Below the pieces are notes generated by a model. The model ran no database searches, was not told the DNA's origin, and saw only the letters and a program-made list of their open reading frames with translations. 64,000 nucleotides of DNA from a virus. Where the stretch lies: IMG/VR virus record IMGVR_UViG_3300028377_000005, positions 1 to 64,000 of that record; one strand, written 5' to 3'. A program made the translations under genes and the position numbers. Every line of letters starts with the position of its first letter. The stretch's first letter is position 1. Positions 8,153-17,075 of this stretch are shown piece by piece.

Positions 8153-8718
8153 ACATGGACATTCATCCGTCACAAAACAGAGGGTGGATCGAAGTCGTTA
8201 CGGGAACTATGTTTGGCGGCAAGTCCACTGAACTCCTGAGACGCATGGAGCGCGCCCTTATTGCGCACCAAGATGTTATCGCTTTCAGTAAAGACACCCG
8301 TTTCGAAAAGGGTGCGATCACAACCCACAGCGAACACTCCCTAACTGGTCATTACGTCGAGACGGCCCAAGATATCGACCGCATCTTGTCGGACAACGCG
8401 ACCATCCAAGTCATCGGCATCGACGAAATACAGTTTTTCGACCAAGACCTTGTGGACGTTTGTCGTGATTGGGCATTGGCGGGCAAACGGATCATCTGTG
8501 CCGGGTTGGACCAAGATTACCACGGTGAACCTTTCGAAACGACGTTAGGTTTGATTGCCGAAGCCGAGTACGTCGACAAGTTTTTGGCCATTTGCACCAA
8601 ATGTGGCAACCCTGCCGTGCGCAATCACCTTAAGATAACCAGTGATTCACGTATCGTGGAGGGGGCGGGTGATCTTTACGAGGCCCTGTGCCGCAACTGT
8701 TTCGCAGCTATCAGCTAA
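8149..8718 (+). CDS. tdk: thymidine kinase
   Basis: GTMFGGKSTELL, IGIDEIQFF, AGLDQDY.GEPF, Zn site CTKC...YEALCRNC. Confidence 0.95.
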   Translation: MNMDIHPSQNRGWIEVVTGTMFGGKSTELLRRMERALIAHQDVIAFSKDTRFEKGAITTHSEHSLTGHYVETAQDIDRILSDNATIQVIGIDEIQFFDQDLVDVCRDWALAGKRIICAGLDQDYHGEPFETTLGLIAEAEYVDKFLAICTKCGNPAVRNHLKITSDSRIVEGAGDLYEALCRNCFAAIS

Positions 8719-8729
8719 TGGAGTCAAAC

Positions 8730-8999
8730 ATGCCGAAAAGCAAGGAAATGAACAAGTACCGGGTTTCATTACCACTCAAGGTGGGGAAATACGTCGCTTG
8801 TGTATCCCCGGAAGCAGCGGTTCAGGCATGTTTTCCCGACGCTGAAATCGAAGAGCATTCGAAAGGTCCGAGGTGGGTTCGTTACAAGACCTCCGAAGAG
8901 TTGCCAAAAGGGTGGCCAAAGAAAACCGAAGGTGGCGGTGGCGGAACGATCATCGACCTTGAAGAAATCGGCAACGTATTGGTGGTATTCGATGAGTGA
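8730..8999 (+). CDS. hypothetical protein
   Basis: GGAG RBS before ATG 8730; coupled to the next gene. Confidence 0.65.
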   Translation: MPKSKEMNKYRVSLPLKVGKYVACVSPEAAVQACFPDAEIEEHSKGPRWVRYKTSEELPKGWPKKTEGGGGGTIIDLEEIGNVLVVFDE

Positions 9000-9543
9000 C
9001 CTGAGCACCAAAGAGCTGCGACGCAAGATGCTGGAGGCGTTGCGTCACGAACCGGAAGCGTTTGATTTAGCTTTGGATGATGAAGGGTTCGTTACGGTAG
9101 CGGACTTTGTATATGGGTTCGGTATTACCCAGCCTGTAGACGCCGATGAGGACGCCGTGCGTGATGTTCTAGGCCCCGATGGTGGTGCCTATTTCGATTG
9201 CGACGGGGATCGTTTCAGGGCCGTTACAGGACACACTACCGAAGATTTCGATTACCCTGCAGGACAGCCTACCTTTTACCTGTACTATTTGATCGACGAA
9301 AAAGACCTTTCTCATACTAAAGAGCACGGCTTGGTGGCGGTCAAGCAGCGGTACCTGCGCTTAGAACGGTCGCCCGAGGATGCAATTGCTTCCAAGGGTC
9401 GTCGGCGCATCAAAAAACCTGTGATTGCTACGATCGACATCGAAGCGTATGCACAGGGAGTTGCCTTTTATCATTATTGCGGGGCTTGGTATTGCGAAAG
9501 CGTGCCTCCCCATCTCATTAAATATGGACCAAGACATGCGTAA
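8992..9543 (+). CDS. kptA: RNA 2'-phosphotransferase (Tpt1/KptA)-like protein with degenerate motifs
   Basis: ALRHEPEAFDLALDDEGFV, RFRAVTGHT, GL....R, PVIATID...GVAFY....WY...VPP; HGT and HLS motifs are replaced. Confidence 0.8.
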   Translation: MSDLSTKELRRKMLEALRHEPEAFDLALDDEGFVTVADFVYGFGITQPVDADEDAVRDVLGPDGGAYFDCDGDRFRAVTGHTTEDFDYPAGQPTFYLYYLIDEKDLSHTKEHGLVAVKQRYLRLERSPEDAIASKGRRRIKKPVIATIDIEAYAQGVAFYHYCGAWYCESVPPHLIKYGPRHA

Positions 9544-9769
9544 GCAAATCGAAGATGTATTTTTGGAGTGGCAAACTTCACTCGAACGCAAGGATCAAGA
9601 GCGTGTTCATTACGAGGAATACGATGCCTCGCTCCAGACGGTGTTCGTCGAAAGGCTTGACGGTTTTGATAAGCTTAAGCTATCGGCTCTAGAAGCGATG
9701 CTGCAAGATCGGGTCTGTAAGACCGTTCTCGTATCGTCGCTACACACCGAAGGTTTTGACGGAAGTTAA
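9536..9769 (+). CDS. hypothetical protein
   Basis: Coupled ORF ending the operon; start uncertain (9524 or 9536). Confidence 0.6.
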   Translation: MRKQIEDVFLEWQTSLERKDQERVHYEEYDASLQTVFVERLDGFDKLKLSALEAMLQDRVCKTVLVSSLHTEGFDGS

Positions 9770-9784
9770 GTGTTATGGTATAAA
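9756..9784 (+). promoter_or_regulatory. sigma70-type promoter
   Basis: TTGACG-17 bp-TATAAA with extended -10 TG. Confidence 0.7.
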
Positions 9785-9826
9785 TAGATGAGGCAGGAAA
9801 TGCGCCTTTCAGTTAGGAGTGGCACA

Positions 9827-10027
9827 ATGCGAATCCCAGACTTCATCATATACGACGAACTCAAGAAAAAACGAGAACAAGAACGGCAGCGCCGTGAAGA
9901 GCGTCCAAGGGTTAATATCCCGGAGCCTTCGCCCGAACAAATCCGCTATATAGAAAAGCAAGAGCGGGAAAAGGAACGCGAAAAGAAGGACGACGTGGAC
10001 CGTGGCGTAGAGATATTTCATATGTGA
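9827..10027 (+). CDS. small charged protein
   Basis: AGGAG RBS, own promoter and terminator; MRIPDFIIYDELKKKRE...RPRVNIPEP...DRGVEIF. Confidence 0.75.
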   Translation: MRIPDFIIYDELKKKREQERQRREERPRVNIPEPSPEQIRYIEKQEREKEREKKDDVDRGVEIFHM

Positions 10028-10095
10028 TACAGGTTCCGGGGGCGGGCCTAACGTAATTGGTAATACTGTGTCCCCCTATACCTAAAATTCCACCG

Positions 10096-10121
10096 ACCGG
10101 GCTATCTAATGCCCGGTTTTT
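10096..10121 (+). terminator. intrinsic terminator
   Basis: ACCGGGC-8 nt-GCCCGGT followed by a T run. Confidence 0.75.
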
Positions 10122-10138
10122 CTATTTGACCCACACAC

Positions 10139-10172
10139 AAAGGAGGCCCGGCTTTTACACCGGGCCTCCTTT
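10139..10172. terminator. bidirectional terminator between convergent operons
   Basis: Perfect 13-bp inverted repeat AAAGGAGGCCCGG/CCGGGCCTCCTTT. Confidence 0.75.
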
Positions 10173-10190
10173 CGCATCCCCTCCGATCCC

Positions 10191-10889
10191 TCATACCAGA
10201 GACTGTTGATCTGGCCAGCCTATTTGCTTGACCTGTTGGAGCACATCTTCGAGGAGTGCGTCTGGCCCTGTATCCGTACTGTCCACCATGTAAAAATAGT
10301 AACGGTGCTGTGGGAACATCACGTTAATGTTCATGCGAACGTGGGCGTAACAAAGTTCGAGGCGGTCCTGTAACGTCGCCAGACGCTCCGTAAGGGCTTT
10401 GGGATCTGTTACCCGTTCAATGTCGTCTACGCGGTCTGTGGTACGCCCCAGCACCCTCTTAGACGCAACCTCCGGGTCACATTTGACGTAGATAAAGAAC
10501 ACGTCTTTATCGTCGGTCATGTCAGAAGGATTGCGGGTTGAAAGCAAGGCTTCGGCACCTAGCGACATAATCCCATGAAAGCGTGGATTGACAAGCTCTT
10601 GGCCCACGGTGTCGTTGTACCCTTGGTAAGCCATCGTCGTGATAAACGACCGGTCACAGATCCGAATGTCATTGAGCCTCTTGTGGTTCCGCATCGTTTC
10701 GTGAAAGTCGTTCAGGTGAAACATAGTCCGGCTGAAAGGGTCCGCTTTCTCTGCACCTTCCGGGATCCGGGTTGGAAAAGGGAAAGTGGTGACGGGACGG
10801 TCAACCGGTTCGGCTAAGATCCGATCAAACAAGTTAGTCACGAGGGTGCTTTTCCCCGTCCCGTCAATACCATCAATAAAAATCAACAT
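10191..10889 (-). CDS. tmk: thymidylate (dTMP) kinase
   Basis: IFIDGIDGTGKSTL P-loop, FP motif, ICDRSFITTMAYQG. Confidence 0.85.
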   Translation of the reverse strand: MLIFIDGIDGTGKSTLVTNLFDRILAEPVDRPVTTFPFPTRIPEGAEKADPFSRTMFHLNDFHETMRNHKRLNDIRICDRSFITTMAYQGYNDTVGQELVNPRFHGIMSLGAEALLSTRNPSDMTDDKDVFFIYVKCDPEVASKRVLGRTTDRVDDIERVTDPKALTERLATLQDRLELCYAHVRMNINVMFPQHRYYFYMVDSTDTGPDALLEDVLQQVKQIGWPDQQSLV

Positions 10890-10922
10890 GTGTAATTCCT
10901 TTCGTGTTCGTGTGGGGTGACT

Positions 10923-11870
10923 TTAGACACCGTACCATTTGTTGTTCCAGATGAAAGATCCGTCGTAGTTTACCGGGATCAGGTTGGGCTGCATGACTTC
11001 ATTTTCATCGTCACGGTAGACCATACAGAACCCGTTCATCCAGTTCGGGTTTAGCATGTAATCGCACTGTTCGATGTCGAACAGGCCGCCATTCTCAATA
11101 GCCCACCGGTTACCTGTGTAGCCCTTGCGATGGTGGAAAGCGAGCCTGTGAACGTGTCCTGTGATGATGTATTTGAAGCCGCCACGTTCCAGTTCACGTT
11201 TCGCCGAGTAACCGGCGTGCCCACTGATATGGGTGCCGTGGTAAAGCGCCAGATCTCCAAGCCATACGATATCGCCATATTGCTTGTACTTGATCCCGAG
11301 GCGGTCGAATTCAAGCAACGACTCCAGTTCGAATGCCCGGAGGCCATAAAGGCCGTGCTGTTGTTTGATCAGGCGACGTAGACGTTCCTCATGGTTGCCT
11401 TCCGTGTACCAGATATCCGCCAGCGGACAGTAACGTCGTAGCTGGTCCAAGATCTCGAGTCCCTCATCAAGTTCCTCTTGGAGAGTGGGAGCACCCGGCT
11501 CTTTGTGGAAGCTACTGATCGAGTAGCAATCGAGAAAGTCGCCGTTGATCACGATCGTATCCGGCTGGTTGTCCCGACAAAATTCGAGGACTGCAGCCAC
11601 ACCATTTTTATTGTGGAAAGGAACATGGACGTCGTTGAACACGACGATCTTTTCAATTCCATCGGGCAGGGTACAGGTGCTTCGGAAAAGAGACTCGGCC
11701 TCATCCGAAGCAAGGTAGTTCGTAGGGGCCTCTAACCCGTGCCTTTTGAACGCCGAACCAAGTGAATTTGCGGACTCGTCTAGTTCTTCCAACGCTTGAC
11801 TATAGTCGTGTGATCTGGTAAGAATAGCAAGCGCTTCTTCGATACGATCTTCTGTCCATTTTTTGCTCAA
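10923..11870 (-). CDS. calcineurin-like metallophosphoesterase with N-terminal helical domain
   Basis: DVH, NGDFLD, GNHE, HG, GHVH motifs; TTG start with GGAGG RBS. Confidence 0.9.
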   Translation of the reverse strand: MSKKWTEDRIEEALAILTRSHDYSQALEELDESANSLGSAFKRHGLEAPTNYLASDEAESLFRSTCTLPDGIEKIVVFNDVHVPFHNKNGVAAVLEFCRDNQPDTIVINGDFLDCYSISSFHKEPGAPTLQEELDEGLEILDQLRRYCPLADIWYTEGNHEERLRRLIKQQHGLYGLRAFELESLLEFDRLGIKYKQYGDIVWLGDLALYHGTHISGHAGYSAKRELERGGFKYIITGHVHRLAFHHRKGYTGNRWAIENGGLFDIEQCDYMLNPNWMNGFCMVYRDDENEVMQPNLIPVNYDGSFIWNNKWYGV

Positions 11871-11911
11871 AACAACCTCCTAGACTGACGGATTACATAA
11901 GGATGTACACC

Positions 11912-11957
11912 TATCAGCGACGGCGTGTCCCGTTAAGGTGTCTATACGTCGCTGATA
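11912..11957. repeat. perfect 11-bp inverted repeat in the divergent intergenic region
   Basis: TATCAGCGACG (11912-11922) and CGTCGCTGATA (11947-11957), 24-nt spacer. Confidence 0.8.
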
Positions 11958-11968
11958 CAAATGAATTA
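11941..11968 (-). promoter_or_regulatory. putative late promoter (TAATTCATTTGT-N12-TAGA)
   Basis: Recurrent motif, oriented toward the metallophosphoesterase gene. Confidence 0.5.
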
Positions 11969-12014
11969 CACCCTTACTCGTCGGTTTTTGTGATCTGAAA
12001 AGGACTAACCCTTT

Positions 12015-12845
12015 ATGTCTGACCGCCAAATTCGTATTATTCCGTCGTTCACCGGTTACAAAGAGGGTGTGATTTGCTTCGAGACACAATGCGGTCCCGA
12101 AGAGGTTAATGATCTCTCTTTGTATGCTTTCGAGCATCATGGGGACGCTTATACGCCCTTTTCGCCCGGTGCTTTGAGGTTGTTTCATGAGCGTGTCTTA
12201 CTTGGTCAGGACATGCCTTCTATGCTGGTACTTACCCGATGGTTTCGTTACGACCAGATTATGGCCGCCGCTATTTTCATCCAGCCGAAGATCGTACTTG
12301 AACCCTCGTGTACCAGTCTTGTCAATTCCTTCGATCTCGTAGATCGCCTCGGGCCTCCAGCCTTCGGTCATGTGCCTTTCGAGCACAAGGAATTGGCCTA
12401 CATGCTACGCAACATTACCGAGCCATACGTATCGAGTCAAGCATCTGTGGAAAAAACCTTGGAGATCGTGACTAGATGCGCCATGCTGATCATAGATTAC
12501 GTACAGGACGGAGTGCTGCCGCCGATCGAATTACCGCTCCCCCATTATGAGGTCCTAGACGAGATGGGGCCGTTCGTGGCTTTCGAGTCTGAGGATTATG
12601 TGTGGGATGAGCTTTACCGGGAGGGTTATATGTGTGGCGTGTGGTTCCGGGAGGATGACACTGTGATAAGCCGCAAGAGCGCCCTCACGCCGTTCTTAGA
12701 GCCTGAAATGGTGCTAGGCCACCTCAAAGAGATCGACCCCGCAGGCGACTGGTCAATCGCTCACGGGGCCGTGGTAGGTACAGAGACAGGGTTAAAACGT
12801 GCGGAGTTACTAAAGGCTATATGTGACTTATCTCACTTTTCCTGA
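12015..12845 (+). CDS. hypothetical protein (weak DHH-like EHH motif)
   Basis: 276-aa ORF with RBS; FEHHG motif; function unassigned. Confidence 0.7.
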   Translation: MSDRQIRIIPSFTGYKEGVICFETQCGPEEVNDLSLYAFEHHGDAYTPFSPGALRLFHERVLLGQDMPSMLVLTRWFRYDQIMAAAIFIQPKIVLEPSCTSLVNSFDLVDRLGPPAFGHVPFEHKELAYMLRNITEPYVSSQASVEKTLEIVTRCAMLIIDYVQDGVLPPIELPLPHYEVLDEMGPFVAFESEDYVWDELYREGYMCGVWFREDDTVISRKSALTPFLEPEMVLGHLKEIDPAGDWSIAHGAVVGTETGLKRAELLKAICDLSHFS

Positions 12846-13216
12846 ATAGTAAGGTTGCCAGCTTTGATAGTGTAGGAGTCCCCTGATACCACGTCCAATC
12901 CTTGAGAGAATTGACCGTGGTAAAGGACATTACCGCCAGTTTCGGCGTCACAGATAGCGAAGTGCGTAATCGTCCCCCAACCCCCGGTAGCTTCTGTGAA
13001 CACAATTTCATTATTTGAGGTTTCTCCTCCAGAAGCCGTGGTGAATGTGATCTCTTCACGGACATATCCATTCCCAGAAACCTCCCCGCTAAGATCTCCA
13101 GCCTCTCCTACCTCAGTGGTTGATAGCGCCAAAAAGGGCGTCGGACTCGCTAGGGGAGTTGTGCCTGTGAGGTGATCCAAAATAGCATTTTCTAGGTAAT
13201 TAGATTTTTGGCTCAT
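12833..13216 (-). CDS. small virion/fibre-associated protein (SNYLEN family), paralog of 60386..60778
   Basis: SNYLENAILDH...EVSGNGY.R..ITF...WGTITHFAICDA.TGGN.LYHG. Confidence 0.85.
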   Translation of the reverse strand: MSQKSNYLENAILDHLTGTTPLASPTPFLALSTTEVGEAGDLSGEVSGNGYVREEITFTTASGGETSNNEIVFTEATGGWGTITHFAICDAETGGNVLYHGQFSQGLDVVSGDSYTIKAGNLTIQEK

Positions 13217-13728
13217 GAGTTTCCTATGTTGAAGATGTACGGGACGCCGGGTAGGGACGTATTGTTATTATCTATATCAATTCTACGAACACTGCCGTCA
13301 GGATTCGAGTTGTAAGTAGCTTGGTAATAGGCGTGACCGTCTGGTGCCATTATGACCCACCCACTCAAGTTTGCATTGGCTTGGCCGTGATTTTGATTCC
13401 ACACTTCTACCCCATCCCCGTCCAAGCCCTTAACCCAGCCTCCAGAGGTTGAAGTAACACAAATGAAAGAACCATCTCTTGAAACTGCGATCTGTTCTAG
13501 CTGTGCTCCCAAGGCAGCACTCTCCCATATTTCGTCTCCGTTAGGGTCAAGTTTAATTACGGTTCTGTCATTATGCCCCACGTAAGTATTACCGTCACCG
13601 TCCACATCTACCGTCCATGCGTCTCCTGCCAAGTAAGATTCCCATACTTCATCTCCGGTGGGCGATATTTTGAATAGACTCGTACTATTACCCGCATAGA
13701 CAAATCCGTCCTTGTCTATGCAAATATA
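13213..13728 (-). CDS. beta-propeller repeat domain; frame is open to 13728 and overlaps the end of the upstream gene
   Basis: Repeats IDKDGFVYAG..LFKISPTGDEVWES, VDGDGNTYVG..VIKLDPNGDEIWES and VSRDGSFI..VKGLDGDGVEVWN; track ORF starts only at TTG 13632. Confidence 0.7.
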   Translation of the reverse strand, partial: YICIDKDGFVYAGNSTSLFKISPTGDEVWESYLAGDAWTVDVDGDGNTYVGHNDRTVIKLDPNGDEIWESAALGAQLEQIAVSRDGSFICVTSTSGGWVKGLDGDGVEVWNQNHGQANANLSGWVIMAPDGHAYYQATYNSNPDGSVRRIDIDNNNTSLPGVPYIFNIGNS

Positions 13729-14690
13729 TCACCTGTGGGGACAAGCCACGATCCCAGATACCATACGTCGATTCGGTGAACGTACACATCTCCTGTAAAT
13801 AGGTCTTCGGCTATGCTAGGGTCTCTGCGAAGAATGCCCCACCAAAATGTGCCGGGTCCTATTTGACTTGATGTGGTGATATCTAAGTATCCCAATTCGG
13901 AGTCACTAGAGGGTGTGCTTGTTCCTACCACACTAGGCGGTGGGGATGGTCCAAAGGACTCGCCGCTTTCCATACGGGAAATGAAAAGTTCAAAGGCGAA
14001 TTGATCTAAAGTAGCGCCCGTTTCGACCGTATACCATATACGAAAATGAATATTTGACCCCTCCTCCCTATTTCCCAGAGGGGGAAATTCAAAACTCCAA
14101 TCCCCAGACCCTGAGACGGGGAAAGTCACTGCGGGCACAATAGAGTCACCTGACCCTCTTACGGCACCATCTAGTTCCCCTTGGCTCGTATTGATGGACT
14201 TGAATAGTTTTGGATCGGCTGTTGTTTGGACGAGCGCTGGACCTGTGAATATTTCAGCACTTAGGTGGACATCCACACTTTCCAGCGCCTTTTGTACTGT
14301 CGACCCCGAGATTTTAGATAGATCAGATTCGTCAACACCTACCCTAGTTGCGCCCGGTTGGTGATAAACGGTAAGATCATCACCGCCAGACGAACTAGAA
14401 AGGTCCTCATTGACTTGGATTTCCGTGGCACTTGTGACTTGCGCTACGGTATAGTCCCCGGCATTGGGGCCACCTGCAAGCTCAACCACGTCCTCTGGTT
14501 CAATCCCCAACTGAGTGAAATCTATCCCGGATGAAGTGATCGTATTAGTGCTGGTATTGACACTATCCGTCGTTACCGGCCACGTCCCCGAAATTCCAAG
14601 GGCAAGGTCTTTGTAGCTCGCCCCAAGCTCGTCATTCGTGACCAAATCTTCATCTTTGATCCGGCCTTCTGTAAATTTAGTCCGTGCCAT
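13716..14690 (-). CDS. putative virion fibre/decoration protein
   Basis: Beta-rich, FTQLGIEPEDVVEL.GGPNAGDYTV domain and STVQKALES fibre motif; in the structural cluster. Confidence 0.7.
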   Translation of the reverse strand: MARTKFTEGRIKDEDLVTNDELGASYKDLALGISGTWPVTTDSVNTSTNTITSSGIDFTQLGIEPEDVVELAGGPNAGDYTVAQVTSATEIQVNEDLSSSSGGDDLTVYHQPGATRVGVDESDLSKISGSTVQKALESVDVHLSAEIFTGPALVQTTADPKLFKSINTSQGELDGAVRGSGDSIVPAVTFPVSGSGDWSFEFPPLGNREEGSNIHFRIWYTVETGATLDQFAFELFISRMESGESFGPSPPPSVVGTSTPSSDSELGYLDITTSSQIGPGTFWWGILRRDPSIAEDLFTGDVYVHRIDVWYLGSWLVPTGDIFA

Positions 14691-15156
14691 CTCTTAGTGC
14701 CTCTTCTTGGGTGGCCTTTGCCTGTTTTTGCTGCTTGCGCTGCAGCTCACCCTTGTGGATGAATGCACCGAACTCTTGGTCCGGGTTAGGCAGATTAAGG
14801 AGGTATTCGTCACTGTCTTCCGGGATACCGTATTTGGCTCTCAGTCCGTTTGCGGCGACCCGAATGGTCTTTGTCTTGTCCTCGATCTGCTGGAGCAGCT
14901 TTTTTTTCTCTGCCTCGAACTCTGCTAGCAACTGACCTAGCTTGTATTTAGTATCCGTGATCTCGTTGTTGGTCTGTTGGAGTCCACGGAGATTGTCAGC
15001 CGGAATTCTCACATAGGTCGGAGGCTTTTGAGCGAGTTCCTGCACCTTTTCGGTAGGTTCGGGCTCTTCTGGGAGGGGTTCAGGCTCTTCTACTTGCTGC
15101 TCCATACTATCCTCAACACGGGTGTGCTTCAAAATTGAACTCAAAAAATTTTTCAT
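14677..15156 (-). CDS. hypothetical coiled-coil protein
   Basis: 159-aa ORF co-oriented in the operon. Confidence 0.7.
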   Translation of the reverse strand: MKNFLSSILKHTRVEDSMEQQVEEPEPLPEEPEPTEKVQELAQKPPTYVRIPADNLRGLQQTNNEITDTKYKLGQLLAEFEAEKKKLLQQIEDKTKTIRVAANGLRAKYGIPEDSDEYLLNLPNPDQEFGAFIHKGELQRKQQKQAKATQEEALRDGTD

Positions 15157-15190
15157 TTTTTCAATTCCAGTATGCTTATGGTGTCAGATG

Positions 15191-15223
15191 AAAGGGGGCG
15201 GTCGCAATTAGGGTGCCGCCCCT
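15191..15223 (-). terminator. probable intrinsic terminator
   Basis: GGGGCGG/CCGCCCC stem followed by TTTC on the minus strand, just after the 590-aa gene. Confidence 0.55.
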
Positions 15224-15230
15224 AGCTACT

Positions 15231-17003
15231 TTACTGTGCGTAGGCCACTTGGATGGTCGCGCCGGGCCGTGGCGTGTATTGAAAAGTGATAGAAGTTCCC
15301 GAGATCGTGTAGTCGTTACCAGCTCCCCTGGCTTGGAACTGACCATTGACGTATACGAGTTCGGAGTCCGAGGCCGGTGTGTTACTGAGAGTAAAGACGG
15401 TGGTCCCCCCACTGCCCGTAAAGGCGTCTCTGGCGAACGTGGTGAGATCACCCGTTCGTGCTACCGTGTTATCGACGGCAATAGCCCCGGTCTGGAACTC
15501 AAGGCCGTCACCGATATTAGCAACGACATCGTTAGCGTTGACCGTGATACCGTTGCCGCCTACCACGTCAATGCCCGTCTCGTCGCCTGTAAGACCCGCA
15601 CCTGCAATGTTGGTGGTGTCTGTGTGGGTAACAACTACCGTGTCGTCAATGGCGATGTCAGCACCACTGACGGTAATGCCTGTGCCGCCTGTGAGGTTAA
15701 CAGCTACGGTATCGGTATCAATCTGAATACCGGTGCCGGGATTAACATCGAAAGCGCCGGAGGTGCCATTCAGGACAAGACCCGCACCTGCATCGGAGTC
15801 GCGGATAACCGTGGTACTTACCGAGAAGCCGGTGTTGTCACCTGTGAGTCCGTCACCGATAGCAGTGTCAAACTCAGTTTTGGTGTACATATCCGAAATG
15901 TCGGAATCACGCACAACGTCGGCTGTGACCGCAACAGCGTCGCCCACGATCTGGATACCGTCACCGGGATTCACATCAAGAGCCGACCCTCCTACAATAA
16001 GGCCATCACCTGCGTTTACGCTTACGCCAGAAGCGCCCACACCGATAGAGACGTCAGCCGCCTGCACACTGAATCCAGACGTGCCTCCAGTGAGGCCGTC
16101 ACCAACGTCGGAGCCTTCAAGATAAATACCCGCAAGGTACGTGTTGTCGAGGCTTACGGTTCCTGTAGTGACCGTAAGGCCCGTCCCCATATCGCCTTCG
16201 AGAAGCACGTCAGAGGCGGTGCTGATAGTCGCACCACTAACATCAATGCCCGTACCACCTGTCAGGTTAACGGACACTCCGTTACCATCAACCGTGATAC
16301 CTGTGTGGGAATTTACCTCTAGACCGGTACCAACCGTAAGCCCATTACCGGCATTCACGGCAACATTGTTTGCGCCGACTGTCAGTGAACTATCAGCGGC
16401 TACAAAGTCAATGGAGTTACCGTTTTTGACAAGTCCATCACCTGCTGTGATGCTCCCCGCACCTGAGAACTGAGAGAACGTAACCGAATCCGTACCGGGG
16501 ACAAGGCTTCCGTTAGCCGTAACCACCCAACCAGAGTTAGCCTGTCCACCACCTTCTTCGACGAAGGCGAAGGTGCCGCCAGACAATTCATCGGTCTCGT
16601 CCGCATCATTCGAGCGGGTCATGCCCCCACTGTTATAGATGTAGAAACCGTTTTCGGTGTCGTCCGTCTGGTTTTTAACCAGCACGCGCTCACCGTTCGC
16701 CATTGTCACCCCGTCAATGGTGGCGGGCGGGGTGGAAAGGCTGATATTTTGTGTGGTGGCAACCCGGACCGATTCCTTTACATCCAGACCTTGGATGTAA
16801 TCTGAGATCTGAGAGTTAACCCACCCTTTATTGGCGGCGTCACCATCGAGAGACGGGTCAGGGAGGTTAGTGATGGTATGGGTGTTAGCCGCACTAAGGT
16901 CGCCCTCAAGGGCCACGCTACCATCAGCTCTCAGGAACCAATTTGTTCCCGAGGAATTGTCGTTGTTAGTCTGGGTTTCCAGACGAATCAATGTTCTAGC
17001 CAT
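15231..17003 (-). CDS. Gly-rich fibre/head-decoration protein
   Basis: DAANKGWV, GLDVKESVRVATT, RVLVKNQT..ENGFY domain, many (A/V)GDGL/GTGI repeats, C-terminal FTLSNTP..VYVNG..DYT domain. Confidence 0.85.
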   Translation of the reverse strand: MARTLIRLETQTNNDNSSGTNWFLRADGSVALEGDLSAANTHTITNLPDPSLDGDAANKGWVNSQISDYIQGLDVKESVRVATTQNISLSTPPATIDGVTMANGERVLVKNQTDDTENGFYIYNSGGMTRSNDADETDELSGGTFAFVEEGGGQANSGWVVTANGSLVPGTDSVTFSQFSGAGSITAGDGLVKNGNSIDFVAADSSLTVGANNVAVNAGNGLTVGTGLEVNSHTGITVDGNGVSVNLTGGTGIDVSGATISTASDVLLEGDMGTGLTVTTGTVSLDNTYLAGIYLEGSDVGDGLTGGTSGFSVQAADVSIGVGASGVSVNAGDGLIVGGSALDVNPGDGIQIVGDAVAVTADVVRDSDISDMYTKTEFDTAIGDGLTGDNTGFSVSTTVIRDSDAGAGLVLNGTSGAFDVNPGTGIQIDTDTVAVNLTGGTGITVSGADIAIDDTVVVTHTDTTNIAGAGLTGDETGIDVVGGNGITVNANDVVANIGDGLEFQTGAIAVDNTVARTGDLTTFARDAFTGSGGTTVFTLSNTPASDSELVYVNGQFQARGAGNDYTISGTSITFQYTPRPGATIQVAYAQ

Positions 17004-17036
17004 GACGTCTCCTTAGAGGTAGATTAAGGTTTATTT

Positions 17037-17065
17037 ATTCAATTACGCGATATACAAAAGCAATA
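17037..17065 (-). promoter_or_regulatory. putative late promoter (TATTGCTTTTGT core)
   Basis: Recurrent motif upstream of the fibre gene. Confidence 0.45.
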
Positions 17066-17075
17066 CCGATATTTT

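Noticed and set aside
10028-10095. Possible tRNA or ncRNA in the intergenic gap
   Set aside because: No cloverleaf, T-loop or CCA; only a weak GGGGG/CCCCC pairing before a terminator.
11880-12188. 102-aa minus-strand ORF
   Set aside because: Overlaps the 12015 gene and the divergent promoter region; no motif.
12015-12845. DHH phosphoesterase assignment
   Set aside because: Only an EHH triplet; the other DHH motifs are not convincingly present.
15213-16322. 369-aa plus-strand ORF
   Set aside because: Antisense shadow of the repetitive Gly-rich fibre gene; no RBS or recognisable motif.
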